From: Gammaproteobacteria bacterium
Lineage (GTDB): Bacteria > Pseudomonadota > Gammaproteobacteria > SZUA-229
Assembly: GCA_030595185.1 (NCBI GenBank)
Contig: JAUVDT010000001.1
Span: 491 to 64,490 of the forward strand
Reading direction: 5' to 3'
Length of the DNA: 64,000 nucleotides
In this document: piece by piece, positions 49,366 to 58,754 of the stretch
Numbering within the stretch: the first letter of the stretch is position 1
Layout of the letters: each line of letters starts with the position of its first letter
Program-made: the position numbers and the translations under genes
Notes under the pieces: model-generated
Databases searched by the model: none
Told to the model about the DNA's origin: nothing
Seen by the model: the letters and a program-made list of their open reading frames with translations, nothing else

Positions 49366-49436
49366 ATTGATAAAAGGTTGTTTATACTCACCTTTCATCA
49401 ATTCATTAAACTTCTTCGATAAAATAATCGATATAG

Positions 49437-50246
49437 TTATCGATTATAAATCATCGTTTTTAAATAGCCTCTGGCACCTTTCTCCATAAAGTAGTAATTG
49501 GGTACTTTATGTTGTTCTAGTGCGTATTGTATCCAGCGAACCTGCTTACCTACTTCATCATAGATGTAGATAGGTTGATTCTTTGCCTTTGCATCGCGAA
49601 TATAATTCGTAAGCTTAGTAGGGTTATCTATGCTAGCCCATCTTTCTTTGCCCATAAAAAGACCAATGCTTGCTGCTTTTTGATAGCTATCGCGAATATC
49701 TAGTATCAAGCTATTATCATTAACATCAAATGCGCGCTTGCCAAACTCTTTTGCGGAAATTATATGTTTTTTATATTTTTTGTTATCGATGATATCACTG
49801 GGGTTTAAAGGTGTTTTTCCCAATAAAGTAGATTTATTAGGGTTTGATTTTGCCCATTCAAACATACCTGCATCATAAGCGTATGTGTTTTTAATTTTGG
49901 CACGTTGTGCTGCTTTAGATGCTTTATAAGATTTAAAACATGTACGACCATTACAATAAAAGACGATGGGCTTTAAGCTTGCTTTACGTAAATGTTTTAC
50001 TTCTTTAACAAATGTTTTGCTGCTGACAGGAATGTTGATTGCGCCATTGATGCGTAATGTTGAATGTTCATATGCAGAACGTGTATCGACTATAATAACA
50101 TTGTCAAAATTTTGTAATAACAGAGCTTTGCTGTAAGTGGTAACTTTTGGAAATTTATCGCGACCAGGAAAGTTATCTTTAGCAAAACTATTTCCAGTAA
50201 TAAGCATTAATAAACATATGATAGAAAGATTTAACACTTTTCTCAT
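49437..50246 (-). CDS. Periplasmic tandem-rhodanese sulfurtransferase
   Basis: Signal peptide. Two rhodanese-like modules (IIVDTRSAYEHSTLRINGAINIPV ... FYCNGRTC; LILDIRDSYQKAASIGL...). Catalytic Cys in the CNGRT loop. Confidence 0.6.
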   Translation of the reverse strand: MRKVLNLSIICLLMLITGNSFAKDNFPGRDKFPKVTTYSKALLLQNFDNVIIVDTRSAYEHSTLRINGAINIPVSSKTFVKEVKHLRKASLKPIVFYCNGRTCFKSYKASKAAQRAKIKNTYAYDAGMFEWAKSNPNKSTLLGKTPLNPSDIIDNKKYKKHIISAKEFGKRAFDVNDNSLILDIRDSYQKAASIGLFMGKERWASIDNPTKLTNYIRDAKAKNQPIYIYDEVGKQVRWIQYALEQHKVPNYYFMEKGARGYLKTMIYNR

Positions 50247-50457
50247 AATAAATTCCAAAGGCAGTAAATAAGGGGGAGGGTAATATACATTATGTCAGTA
50301 TTCTTTACAGTAATTAAAAGTCGAAAGAAACGGTATTAGTATAAAAAACAAAGAGATAGAAGGAGTGTATTGAGTAATTGTTGATTTATTAGAGCAACAA
50401 CCGACGAGAAAAAGGACAGTTTATAGTAAAAGTTGTCCTTAATATGTATTCCTGTGA

Positions 50458-50814
50458 CAAACTAATAACCCTATATATTCTGCTGATATAACGGATATAA
50501 GTGTTGATGGGGTTGTTATCATTTCTGACAAATCGTTAGCTACTGGTGAGTTTTTGAGTGTTGAAATTGAAACACCTGGTCATGCCAGTAATGAAAAAAT
50601 ACATGCGCAAGTAATGTGGTCTAAAACGTTACTCAATGAAAGCTATTATGCGGGACTGAAAGTAATAGCTGAAGGCAATGAAACAATCGATTCAGATAAA
50701 GAACTGGTATGTTCGCATTGTGGTGAAGCGATTTTTATCTTGAAAATAAAGCTGAAAACCAATCATCTATTACAACACACAGTTGTTGTCGCTGCGGTCA
50801 TAGTCATTACATAA
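50458..50814 (+). pseudogene. N-terminally truncated PilZ-domain fragment with a C-terminal Cys-containing tail
   Basis: The frame reads ...IYSADITDISVDGVVIISDKSLATGEFLSVEIETPGH...IHAQVMWS (PilZ second half, DxSxxG...VVW). A stop lies directly upstream and there is no start codon or RxxxR motif. Confidence 0.4.
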
Positions 50815-50858
50815 CTGATGTTCTTGCCCTAAATAGAGCATAATAAACAAGCATACAG

Positions 50859-51250
50859 TTAGTTTAAATCTACCGCACACTCTTTTAATAAGTCTAGCGA
50901 GACAATTTCTAATGCTTTTACATGGGTGCTTAACAGGTGAACTCTAGGAGCCATTTTGTCATTATAAGCTTCTAGCCAGCGAGCAGCACACAAACACCAG
51001 CTATCACCAGGTTTTAAACCTTTGAATCCAAATTCAGGAATTGGTGTTGATAAGTCGTTTCCTTTAATCTTGAGTATTGTAAAAAACCTTCATTGGCTTC
51101 AATACAAATAGTATGTGAGCCAACATCCTGAGCACAAGTATTACAATAACTATCACGATAAAACCCGGTTACAGGGTCTTCACCACATAGCCGTAAAACT
51201 TCCCCTAAAACATTTATTACTTCATCCATGTTGTTTTCTTGTTCATTCAT
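50859..51250 (-). pseudogene. DUF2237-family gene disrupted by a 1-nt frameshift at an A-run
   Basis: N-terminal ORF MNEQENNMDEVINVLGEVLRLCGEDPVTGFYRDSYCNTCAQDVGSHTICIEANEGFLQYSRLK. It then continues in the -1 frame as GNDLSTPIPEFGFKGLKPGDSWCLCAARWLEAYNDKMAPRVHLLSTHVKALEIVSLDLL. The switch is at ttaaagg (plus-strand 51057-51066); one extra A would restore a ~130-aa protein. Confidence 0.65.
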
Positions 51251-51476
51251 TTTTAATGTTGCTCTAACGATTTGAGGGTAAAAAACTATAAAAGATAAGT
51301 TAGTTGATTATATAAAACTGAGTGCATCTTTGATATTGAATTTTTAATAGTGTACTAAATGAAAAGTACTCAGTTATATAAGTTATTTTAATAATGCAGT
51401 AAGAAATAACTTATATAGTAAATAACGAATATGTGTAATGAAGCTAATTCTTATCGAGGAATTGTAGAGATTTAAT

Positions 51477-51569
51477 CACTGCTATCCCGTTAACTGTCAT
51501 TCCGGTATGCCTTTAGCCGGAATCCATTGTTAAGTGATAGATTCCGGCTAAAACACTGCCGGAATGACG
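51477..51569. repeat. Partial copy of the MITE family (one terminal repeat plus both internal hairpin modules)
   Basis: cactgctatcccgttaac followed by tgtcattccggtatgcctttagccggaatcca and gattccggctaaaacactgccggaatgacg. No second terminal repeat found. Confidence 0.6.
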
Positions 51570-51806
51570 ATGTTATTGTGATTGGCATAATACAAACATA
51601 AAAACTGGTTTTCATGTCCAGTTTGCAATTCACCTGATTATTGCTTTATACGCCTGCTAGTTTTCAAATAATAAAAATTATAACGGACAGCAATGTGATT
51701 TAATATTTATTTTTTTACACTAGAGTATGTGAATTAAATTTAATATGGAAAAGGTGTTAGTATTTTAGCGTGACAATAAAAATCATTATATTCAAAGGAG
51801 AGAAAT

Positions 51807-52199
51807 ATGAGTTTTTGGACAAAACTATTTGGTGGGGCAACGGCAGAACCAATTGATGCTTTAGGCTCTGCTATCGATAAGATTTTTACTAATGATGAAG
51901 AAAAGATGCAGGCGCAAGCTGTTTTGAACAAGATAGCTCAGAAACCGGCAATTCTTCAAGCTGAAATAAATAAAATAGAAGCACAACATCGTTCTATCTT
52001 TGTTGCCGGTTGGCGACCTGCTATTGGATGGGTTTGCGCGATTGGTCTGGCATTTCCATTTGTTATTAATCCATTAGTTGAGTGGGCAGGGTTTGCAGGA
52101 CCAAGTATTGATATGGATAGACTTATGGAACTTGTTATTGCATTGTTGGGGCTAGGTACTTTACGAACTTTTGAAAAACTGACAGGTCGTACAAAGTAA
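51807..52199 (+). CDS. 3-TM holin-like protein (GTA-type holin, DUF3154-like)
   Basis: RBS aaaggagag. AQHRSIFVAGWRPAIGWVCAIGLAFPFVINPL resembles the conserved core of the holin-of-3TMs family. 130 aa with three hydrophobic segments. Confidence 0.5.
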   Translation: MSFWTKLFGGATAEPIDALGSAIDKIFTNDEEKMQAQAVLNKIAQKPAILQAEINKIEAQHRSIFVAGWRPAIGWVCAIGLAFPFVINPLVEWAGFAGPSIDMDRLMELVIALLGLGTLRTFEKLTGRTK

Positions 52200-52257
52200 T
52201 ATAAAAAGTAATTGTTTTTAAAAAAATGGATACTTAATTTAAGTGTCCCTTTTTTTA

Positions 52258-52962
52258 TTAGGATAGATGTTCTTTAGCAATACTAATACAGTCCATCATA
52301 TCTTTTTCCATGCTTAAGCGTTCTGTCTCTAATTCATTCGCAGATACTTTTTTATCGATGTAATGTGGCTTACCAACAACAATAACAATTGTAGAAAAAG
52401 GTTTTGGAATAATGAATTTATCCCAGGATTTTAATTGCCAAAAGCGACTCGCAGCATAGGCAATTGGTAACATGGGTGCTTGTGTGAGTTGAGATAGCAT
52501 CACTGCGCCTTGTTTAAATTCATGTAAGGGGCCAGTAGGGCCATCAGATGTGGTGACAGTCGATATTTTGTCATTAACTATCGTGTTATACATATCGCGC
52601 ATGGCCTTGGCACCTGTACGAGTACTTGAGCCGCGGATAGTAATAGCACCCCAGGATTTTACCAGATTAACAATAACTTCCCCATCGACAGATGGGCTGA
52701 TAAGAAAGCCAATTTTCAAACCTTGTCTTTGTAATCGGCGCATATACCATGTGCCAAAAATATGCATCTGATGCCAGTAGCAAGGGATAATTGCTTTGTC
52801 GTCTTTAATTAATAGTTGTGCATTCTCATCGCCTTCAATTGTTTTTATTCGGCAAGTCCACCAAATACTGTATAGAAAGCTTTTAATAAGCGGTTGGATT
52901 ATGGCGTAGGTTATACGGCGCTTTAGTGTCATGGTGCGCATAAAAACAGTCATCCTTGTCAT
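52258..52962 (-). CDS. DUF374-domain lysophospholipid-acyltransferase-superfamily protein
   Basis: CYWHQMHIF...LISPSVDGE...SSTRTGAKAMRDM...TSDGPTGP match the DUF374/LPLAT pattern (WH..., SRS.DGE, GGA.ALREM, TPDGPRGP). Confidence 0.6.
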   Translation of the reverse strand: MTRMTVFMRTMTLKRRITYAIIQPLIKSFLYSIWWTCRIKTIEGDENAQLLIKDDKAIIPCYWHQMHIFGTWYMRRLQRQGLKIGFLISPSVDGEVIVNLVKSWGAITIRGSSTRTGAKAMRDMYNTIVNDKISTVTTSDGPTGPLHEFKQGAVMLSQLTQAPMLPIAYAASRFWQLKSWDKFIIPKPFSTIVIVVGKPHYIDKKVSANELETERLSMEKDMMDCISIAKEHLS

Positions 52963-53125
52963 GTTTTAGTAGAATTATCGCCAGTATATCACTCATTTAT
53001 TTTATCGGGCAGCGAGATGATATATAGTAAGGTATGTAAAAGTTATGCCATTTAAGGAGATTGGCGGCATTATAACGCTGAGTTTAAAGCAGCAGATTAT
53101 AAAATAACTCACGATAAGGATATTT

Positions 53126-54448
53126 ATGACAGCTACAAGTTTAGAAAAAAAACTGACGCCTTCTGGTTCGGTCGAACCCTTCGATCTTAATATGACGGCA
53201 GCGTCGTTTGAAAAAATTGCTGAGCTAGTTACTGAGTATGGTGATATATGCCGTGTTACTTCAGTCTCGCGTGACAGCGACAGTTATTTAATCAATCATC
53301 CCGATTACATTAAACATGTCTTACTTAGAAATCATACCAACTATAAAAAAGGTGTTGGTTTTGATCGAGTAAAAATGCTCTTAGGTAATGGAATCATTGT
53401 GAGCGATGGTCCATTCTGGCGTCGTCAACGTCGAATGATGCAGCCTTCATTTAATCGAAAAGTAACGGCGCAGTTATCTGATCAAATTCAACGTTGTAAT
53501 TTGGACTTGTTATCTCAGTGGCAGGCGCAAGCAGAATCTGAAACCATTATTAATATTTCTGAAGTCTCCAGTGAGCTCGCTTTGCAAATTGTATTACGGG
53601 CATTGTTTAGTGATGATCTTGATGTGCTGATTGAAAAACAAGGTTCTAATCCATTTTCAATTCTTACCGATGATACAACTCGTGATATTAAACTGGTTTT
53701 GAAGTTTCGTGAGCTTGGAAAACTTTTATTGGAATTGATTCAGCAACGACGAGATGAAAAACCAGAACGCTATGATTTTCTTGCTATGTTTATGGACTCG
53801 CGAGATAAAGAAACAGATGAGGCGATGACAGATCGTGAACTACTCGATGAATTGATGACAATGATCGTCGCAGGGCATGAAACCAGTGCATTGACACTCA
53901 ATTGGGTCTGGTATTTTATTGCTACAAATCCAGATGTTAAAAAAAAAGTTCATGCAGAAGTTGATAAAGCTAATTATAAAACAATTCCGAGTTTCGACGA
54001 TTTAGATCAGCTTACATATATAAAACAAGTCATCGATGAATCCTTGCGTTATTATCCTCCAGTATGGCTATTTACTCGTAAATCTATAGAAGACGATATG
54101 TTGGGGGATTATTTTATTCCTGCTGGCAGTGATGTTTTTATCTCACCATACTTCTTGCATCGTAATTCTGAATTCTGGTCGGATGTCGATAAATTTGATC
54201 CGGAACGTTTTACTCAAGAAGCTATAAAAGAACAGCATAAACAAGCCTACATTCCATTTTCTGCCGGACCTCGACGCTGTATAGGTGACTTTTTTGCAAC
54301 AGTAGAAATGCAGATGCATATTGGTTTGATGGCGCGCCATTTTAGTTTTGAATACGTAGAAGGCCAAACCTTAGAGCTGGTGCCAGAAATTAATATGCGC
54401 AATAAACACCCGATTATGATGAAAATAAAGAAACGTAAAAGGATTTAA
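53126..54448 (+). CDS. Cytochrome P450
   Basis: Haem-binding loop FSAGPRRCIGDFFA (FxxGxRxCxG). I-helix AGHETSA. ExxR motif ESLRYYPP. Confidence 0.9.
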   Translation: MTATSLEKKLTPSGSVEPFDLNMTAASFEKIAELVTEYGDICRVTSVSRDSDSYLINHPDYIKHVLLRNHTNYKKGVGFDRVKMLLGNGIIVSDGPFWRRQRRMMQPSFNRKVTAQLSDQIQRCNLDLLSQWQAQAESETIINISEVSSELALQIVLRALFSDDLDVLIEKQGSNPFSILTDDTTRDIKLVLKFRELGKLLLELIQQRRDEKPERYDFLAMFMDSRDKETDEAMTDRELLDELMTMIVAGHETSALTLNWVWYFIATNPDVKKKVHAEVDKANYKTIPSFDDLDQLTYIKQVIDESLRYYPPVWLFTRKSIEDDMLGDYFIPAGSDVFISPYFLHRNSEFWSDVDKFDPERFTQEAIKEQHKQAYIPFSAGPRRCIGDFFATVEMQMHIGLMARHFSFEYVEGQTLELVPEINMRNKHPIMMKIKKRKRI

Positions 54449-54452
54449 GTAG

Positions 54453-56411
54453 ATGTCTAGTTTCAATACTTTAATAGAAGCACTTGAACAACATAGTACC
54501 GATAATCGTAGCCTTACTTTTATAGAAGGCAAGGATAAAGAAACAAACATAACATTTAAACAACTACATCAACGTGCATTGGGCATGTTGTATCATTTTC
54601 AGAAAAAAGGTTTAAAGCCGGGTGATGAGTTAATTATTTATTTACGCAATAACGAAAGCTTTCTTGATGCTTTTTGGGGAGCCATATTTGGTGGCATCAT
54701 ACCAGTGCCCGTCGCTGTAGGTATAAGTGATGAACACCGGTCTAAGCTCTATAAAATAGTTAATAAATTACAGCGACCATTTATCTATACCGATAAAGAG
54801 AATCTCTCGAGATTAAAAAAATATGCTGGTGAGAATGAAATTGAAAATGAATTTTCTAAAATAAAGAAAACTGCAATCTTAGTAGAAGAAACAAAAGATT
54901 TAAGTTTACAAGGTGAAAAACACAATGCCGAAGCAGGTGACGTTTGTTTTATTCAGTTTTCATCAGGCTCTACTAGTGAGCCTAAAGGCGTAGTATTAAC
55001 ACACCGTAATTTAATATTAAATGTTTTAGCTAAAGGCGAGGCGGGTGGATATACAAAAGATGATATTTCATTAAGCTGGATGCCTTTAACACATGATATG
55101 GGCTTGATTGGTTTTCATATTAATATGATTGTTTGTTATATGCATCATCACATTATGGCAACAGAGTTGTTTAGTCGACGCCCTCTATTATGGTTGCAAA
55201 AAGTCAGTGAAAAGAAAGCCAGTGTTATTTGTTCACCTAACTTTGGTTATAAACACTTTTTAAAGTCACTAGGTGATAAACAACTAGATAGTATGGACTT
55301 GTCTTGCGTGCGAGTTATTCTTAATGGTGCTGAACCTATTTCAACGCGGTTGTGTGATGAGTTTCTTGAGCGTCTTGCGCCGTATGGTTTAAAGAGCAGC
55401 AGTATGTTGCCAGTATATGGTCTTGCTGAAGCAACATTGGCAGTAGCCTTTCCTAAATGGGGGCAAGATTATCGTTCCGCACATGTTGATAGACATAAAC
55501 TTAAAATTGGCGATATTGTTACTTATTTGGATGAGAGTAATGTCAATACTGTCAGCTTTCCCATTGTTGGCTTTGCCGTGCCGGATATGGAAATCAGAAT
55601 TGGTGACATTGATGGCAAAGTATACGAAGAAAATATCATCGGTAGCATTTTAATTAATGGACCCACTGTTACGCAGGGATATTATTCAGATGAGCAAGCA
55701 ACAAAAGCAGTGATGACGCCCGATAACTGGTTTGATACGGGTGATTTAGGTTTTATCTCAAATAATGAATTAATTATAACCGGCCGTAGCAAAGAGATAA
55801 TATTTGCACATGGTCAGAATTATTACCCACATGATCTAGAGTCGATTCTTATTCATAACAATGATATTGAATTGGGTAAAGTTGCTGTATATGGCGTATG
55901 GGATGAAAGTCGACAGCGTGATGAACTGCTGGTTTTTGTTATTTTCCGTGGTGACTTTAAAGACTTTGTGTCTATCGTTAAACAAGTTACCTTTGTTCTA
56001 AATGAGCAGGCAGGTTTAGAGGTTGATCAAGTTATTCCAGTTAATAGAATACCTAAAACAACCAGTGGAAAGTTCCAACGACGAATTTTAGCAGCTGCAT
56101 TTACAAATGGTGAATATGATGAGGTTTTACAAAAGCTGTCTGTTCTATTAGCTGAAAAGTCAGTAGATGAAAATGAAGAATTAACTACTCTACAAAAAAG
56201 TCTTATTGAAGTATGTAACAGTGCTCTAGAAGATCAAAAAATTAGCTTAAATGATAATTTCTTTGAAATGGGAATTAGTTCTCTTGTACTGGCAGAAATG
56301 CATCAGTGCATAGACGATGTCTATCCTGATAAAGTGGACATTACTGATTTGTTTGAATATCAGACGATTAAAGACTTATCTGTTTTTATGGAAGAAACGG
56401 TCGAAAGTTAA
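54453..56411 (+). CDS. Fatty-acyl-AMP ligase (FAAL) fused to a C-terminal acyl-carrier domain
   Basis: Adenylation core FIQFSSGSTSEPKGVVLTHRNL. FAAL-type N-terminus. C-terminal ~80 aa carry a phosphopantetheine-site-like FFEMGISSLVLAEM. Start is 4 nt after the P450 stop. Confidence 0.75.
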   Translation: MSSFNTLIEALEQHSTDNRSLTFIEGKDKETNITFKQLHQRALGMLYHFQKKGLKPGDELIIYLRNNESFLDAFWGAIFGGIIPVPVAVGISDEHRSKLYKIVNKLQRPFIYTDKENLSRLKKYAGENEIENEFSKIKKTAILVEETKDLSLQGEKHNAEAGDVCFIQFSSGSTSEPKGVVLTHRNLILNVLAKGEAGGYTKDDISLSWMPLTHDMGLIGFHINMIVCYMHHHIMATELFSRRPLLWLQKVSEKKASVICSPNFGYKHFLKSLGDKQLDSMDLSCVRVILNGAEPISTRLCDEFLERLAPYGLKSSSMLPVYGLAEATLAVAFPKWGQDYRSAHVDRHKLKIGDIVTYLDESNVNTVSFPIVGFAVPDMEIRIGDIDGKVYEENIIGSILINGPTVTQGYYSDEQATKAVMTPDNWFDTGDLGFISNNELIITGRSKEIIFAHGQNYYPHDLESILIHNNDIELGKVAVYGVWDESRQRDELLVFVIFRGDFKDFVSIVKQVTFVLNEQAGLEVDQVIPVNRIPKTTSGKFQRRILAAAFTNGEYDEVLQKLSVLLAEKSVDENEELTTLQKSLIEVCNSALEDQKISLNDNFFEMGISSLVLAEMHQCIDDVYPDKVDITDLFEYQTIKDLSVFMEETVES

Positions 56412-56420
56412 TGGCTTTAA

Positions 56421-57167
56421 TTAGGGAAGTGAAAGTGTGCTAATAATAGGGTAATGATCTGAATAAGGCAGTATCAATACATGATAGTTGCTTGATATTA
56501 TATTGCCTTTTATCAGTATGCGGTCTAAGCGCCGACTTTTCTCAAAAATAAATTTTGTTTTTCTGGCAAGTTGGTTTCTATCTACATTATAGGTTTTGGT
56601 CGTATCGGCCTTAGCGGTATCTTTAAATGTTGCGTTAATAAATGTGTTTTCGTAATCATCATTGCCAAAGTTCATATCGCCACACAAAAGCAATGGCTTT
56701 TCATTTTTTGTATATTTTAATACTTGTTTTAATTGCTTGATTCTTAGCGCCGTGTCATTAGGCATACTATCTAAATGTAAATTAATAATAGATAAAGATT
56801 TATGCTCAAATTGAATTTTTATAAAAGGTGCTTCACGATTCATGTTACTTGATAATTTAATAATGCCTGATTGAATTGGCTTTATCTTACTTAGGGTTAT
56901 ATTTCGATAGTTTTTTCTACCTTGAGTATTACTAAATGTGTACTTTTTTAACTGTGGATTATTGGTCAGTTGATTAATGAATTGATTTGTTACTTCTTGA
57001 AGACATAATATATCGGGATCTGTTTCTATTATTGATTTAATGATATTTTCATATCGTGTTTTACCGCTAATGTCATCAAAGTAGACGTTCCACGACATCA
57101 TAGTTAGTGATTCGGCTAAAACGGTTACATTGAATAGAGCGCTAAGTAAAAAAAGAATAGTTCGCAT
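56421..57167 (-). CDS. Secreted endonuclease/exonuclease/phosphatase (EEP)-family hydrolase (sphingomyelinase/phospholipase-C-like or nuclease)
   Basis: Signal peptide. N-terminal SWNVYF...DPDILCLQEV and C-terminal SDHYPI catalytic motifs typical of the EEP fold. Confidence 0.6.
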   Translation of the reverse strand: MRTILFLLSALFNVTVLAESLTMMSWNVYFDDISGKTRYENIIKSIIETDPDILCLQEVTNQFINQLTNNPQLKKYTFSNTQGRKNYRNITLSKIKPIQSGIIKLSSNMNREAPFIKIQFEHKSLSIINLHLDSMPNDTALRIKQLKQVLKYTKNEKPLLLCGDMNFGNDDYENTFINATFKDTAKADTTKTYNVDRNQLARKTKFIFEKSRRLDRILIKGNIISSNYHVLILPYSDHYPIISTLSLP

Positions 57168-57332
57168 ATTTCAAAAAGTCGTTAGTTAAATAGTGAGGCT
57201 AATCCATCGTGAATATTAATACTATCATTAGGTATTTATGTAATCAATATTCTAATAAACTTGATCTATATAAACATGTTTTTATGAGTATTCTGCTATG
57301 TTTAACGGGTTGTTATCATTTTGTGAGAAGTT

Positions 57333-57863
57333 ATGTCAGTTATTAAAATTGGTGTTTTAACAGCATCAGATAGAGCAAGTGCGGGTGTGTATGAAGATAT
57401 ATCGGGCCCAGCCATAATTGATACCCTAAGCGATTATTTAAAATCAGACTGGGAACCTGTTTATAAAGTAATAGCCGATGATCAGTCAATAGTTGAAGAA
57501 GCCTTAATTGAAATGGCTGATAATGATTGTTGTTTAATTGTGACGACAGGTGGGACCGGTCCTGCACCAAGAGATTTAGTACCTGAAGCAACAGCAAATG
57601 TGTGTCATAAAATGATGCCTGGTTTTGGTGAGTTAATGAGGCAGGTTAGTTTGCAGTATGTTCCAACAGCTATTTTATCGAGACAAACTGCCGGCATAAG
57701 AAATAAAACCTTAATTATCAATTTACCGGGTAAACCTAAATCTATAAGAGAATGTTTAGATGCTGTTTTTCCCGCAGTACCTTATTGTATCGACTTAATC
57801 GAAGGTCCTTACCTTGAAACGAATGAAAAAGTGATTAAAGCATTCAGACCAAAACAAAAATGA
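57333..57863 (+). CDS. mogA: Molybdopterin adenylyltransferase MogA
   Basis: IGVLTASDRASAGVYEDISGPA...TTGGTGPAPRDLVPEAT...MPGFGELMRQVSL...LPGKPKSIRECL, near-colinear with E. coli MogA. Confidence 0.9.
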   Translation: MSVIKIGVLTASDRASAGVYEDISGPAIIDTLSDYLKSDWEPVYKVIADDQSIVEEALIEMADNDCCLIVTTGGTGPAPRDLVPEATANVCHKMMPGFGELMRQVSLQYVPTAILSRQTAGIRNKTLIINLPGKPKSIRECLDAVFPAVPYCIDLIEGPYLETNEKVIKAFRPKQK

Positions 57864-57899
57864 TAATATGACACCTGATTTATTTAGAATCCTATAAGG

Positions 57900-58694
57900 G
57901 TGTTGTTAGTGGATGTTGTTTTCTTATTGATGGTCGGTGCTATTGCAGGAACGCTAGCTGGTTTATTAGGTGTCGGCGGCGGAATTATCATTGTGCCATT
58001 ACTGGTTGTTTTCTTTAATTCTCAAGGGGTGAACATCGATGTTTTAATGCATGTGGCTATTGGCACATCATTGGCGACTATTGTGGTTACCTCCTTATCA
58101 TCAATTTATGCACACCATCAACACGGGGCTATTGATTGGCCTGTATTCAAAATAATGAGTATTGGGGTATTTACCGGTGGTCTATTCGGAGCATTCATTG
58201 CTAACTTTATTTCAGGTGAAAATCTAAAAATTACTTTTTCCATCTTTTTACTGTTTATTTCAATGCAAATGTTTTTTGGCGGCAAAATAAAGGCTCATCG
58301 TAAATTACCAAAACCTAGAGGTATAGTGTTGGTAGGAACGATAATAGGATCAATTTCTTCCGTTATGGGTGTAGGTGGTGGTTCGATGTCAGTACCATTC
58401 CTAACCTGGTGCAATATTAATATCAGAAATGCGATAGCAACTTCATCGGCCATTGGTTTTCCAATTGCTGTATCGGGTACTCTGGGTTTTATAGTATTGG
58501 GTTTAGCTGTACCTAATCGTCCTGAGTTGAGTATCGGTTATATCAATCTACCTGCATTTATTAGTATTGTGATATCAAGTGTAATGTTTGCTCCACTAGG
58601 CGCTAAAATGGCGCATCGAATATCGACAGTTTATCTTAATCGACTATTTGCAGTATTTTTATTAATGGTGGCTCTGCGCATGTTTATCTCTTAA
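57900..58694 (+). CDS. TSUP/TauE-SafE-family anion exporter
   Basis: 8 TM helices. Repeated GxGGG motifs (GLLGVGGGIIIVPLL and MGVGGGSMSVPFL). Confidence 0.75.
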   Translation: MLLVDVVFLLMVGAIAGTLAGLLGVGGGIIIVPLLVVFFNSQGVNIDVLMHVAIGTSLATIVVTSLSSIYAHHQHGAIDWPVFKIMSIGVFTGGLFGAFIANFISGENLKITFSIFLLFISMQMFFGGKIKAHRKLPKPRGIVLVGTIIGSISSVMGVGGGSMSVPFLTWCNINIRNAIATSSAIGFPIAVSGTLGFIVLGLAVPNRPELSIGYINLPAFISIVISSVMFAPLGAKMAHRISTVYLNRLFAVFLLMVALRMFIS

Positions 58695-58754
58695 TGAAAA
58701 CCAAATTATATTATTGCTTAGTAATAATATAATTCGGTGATACTGTCATTGTAC

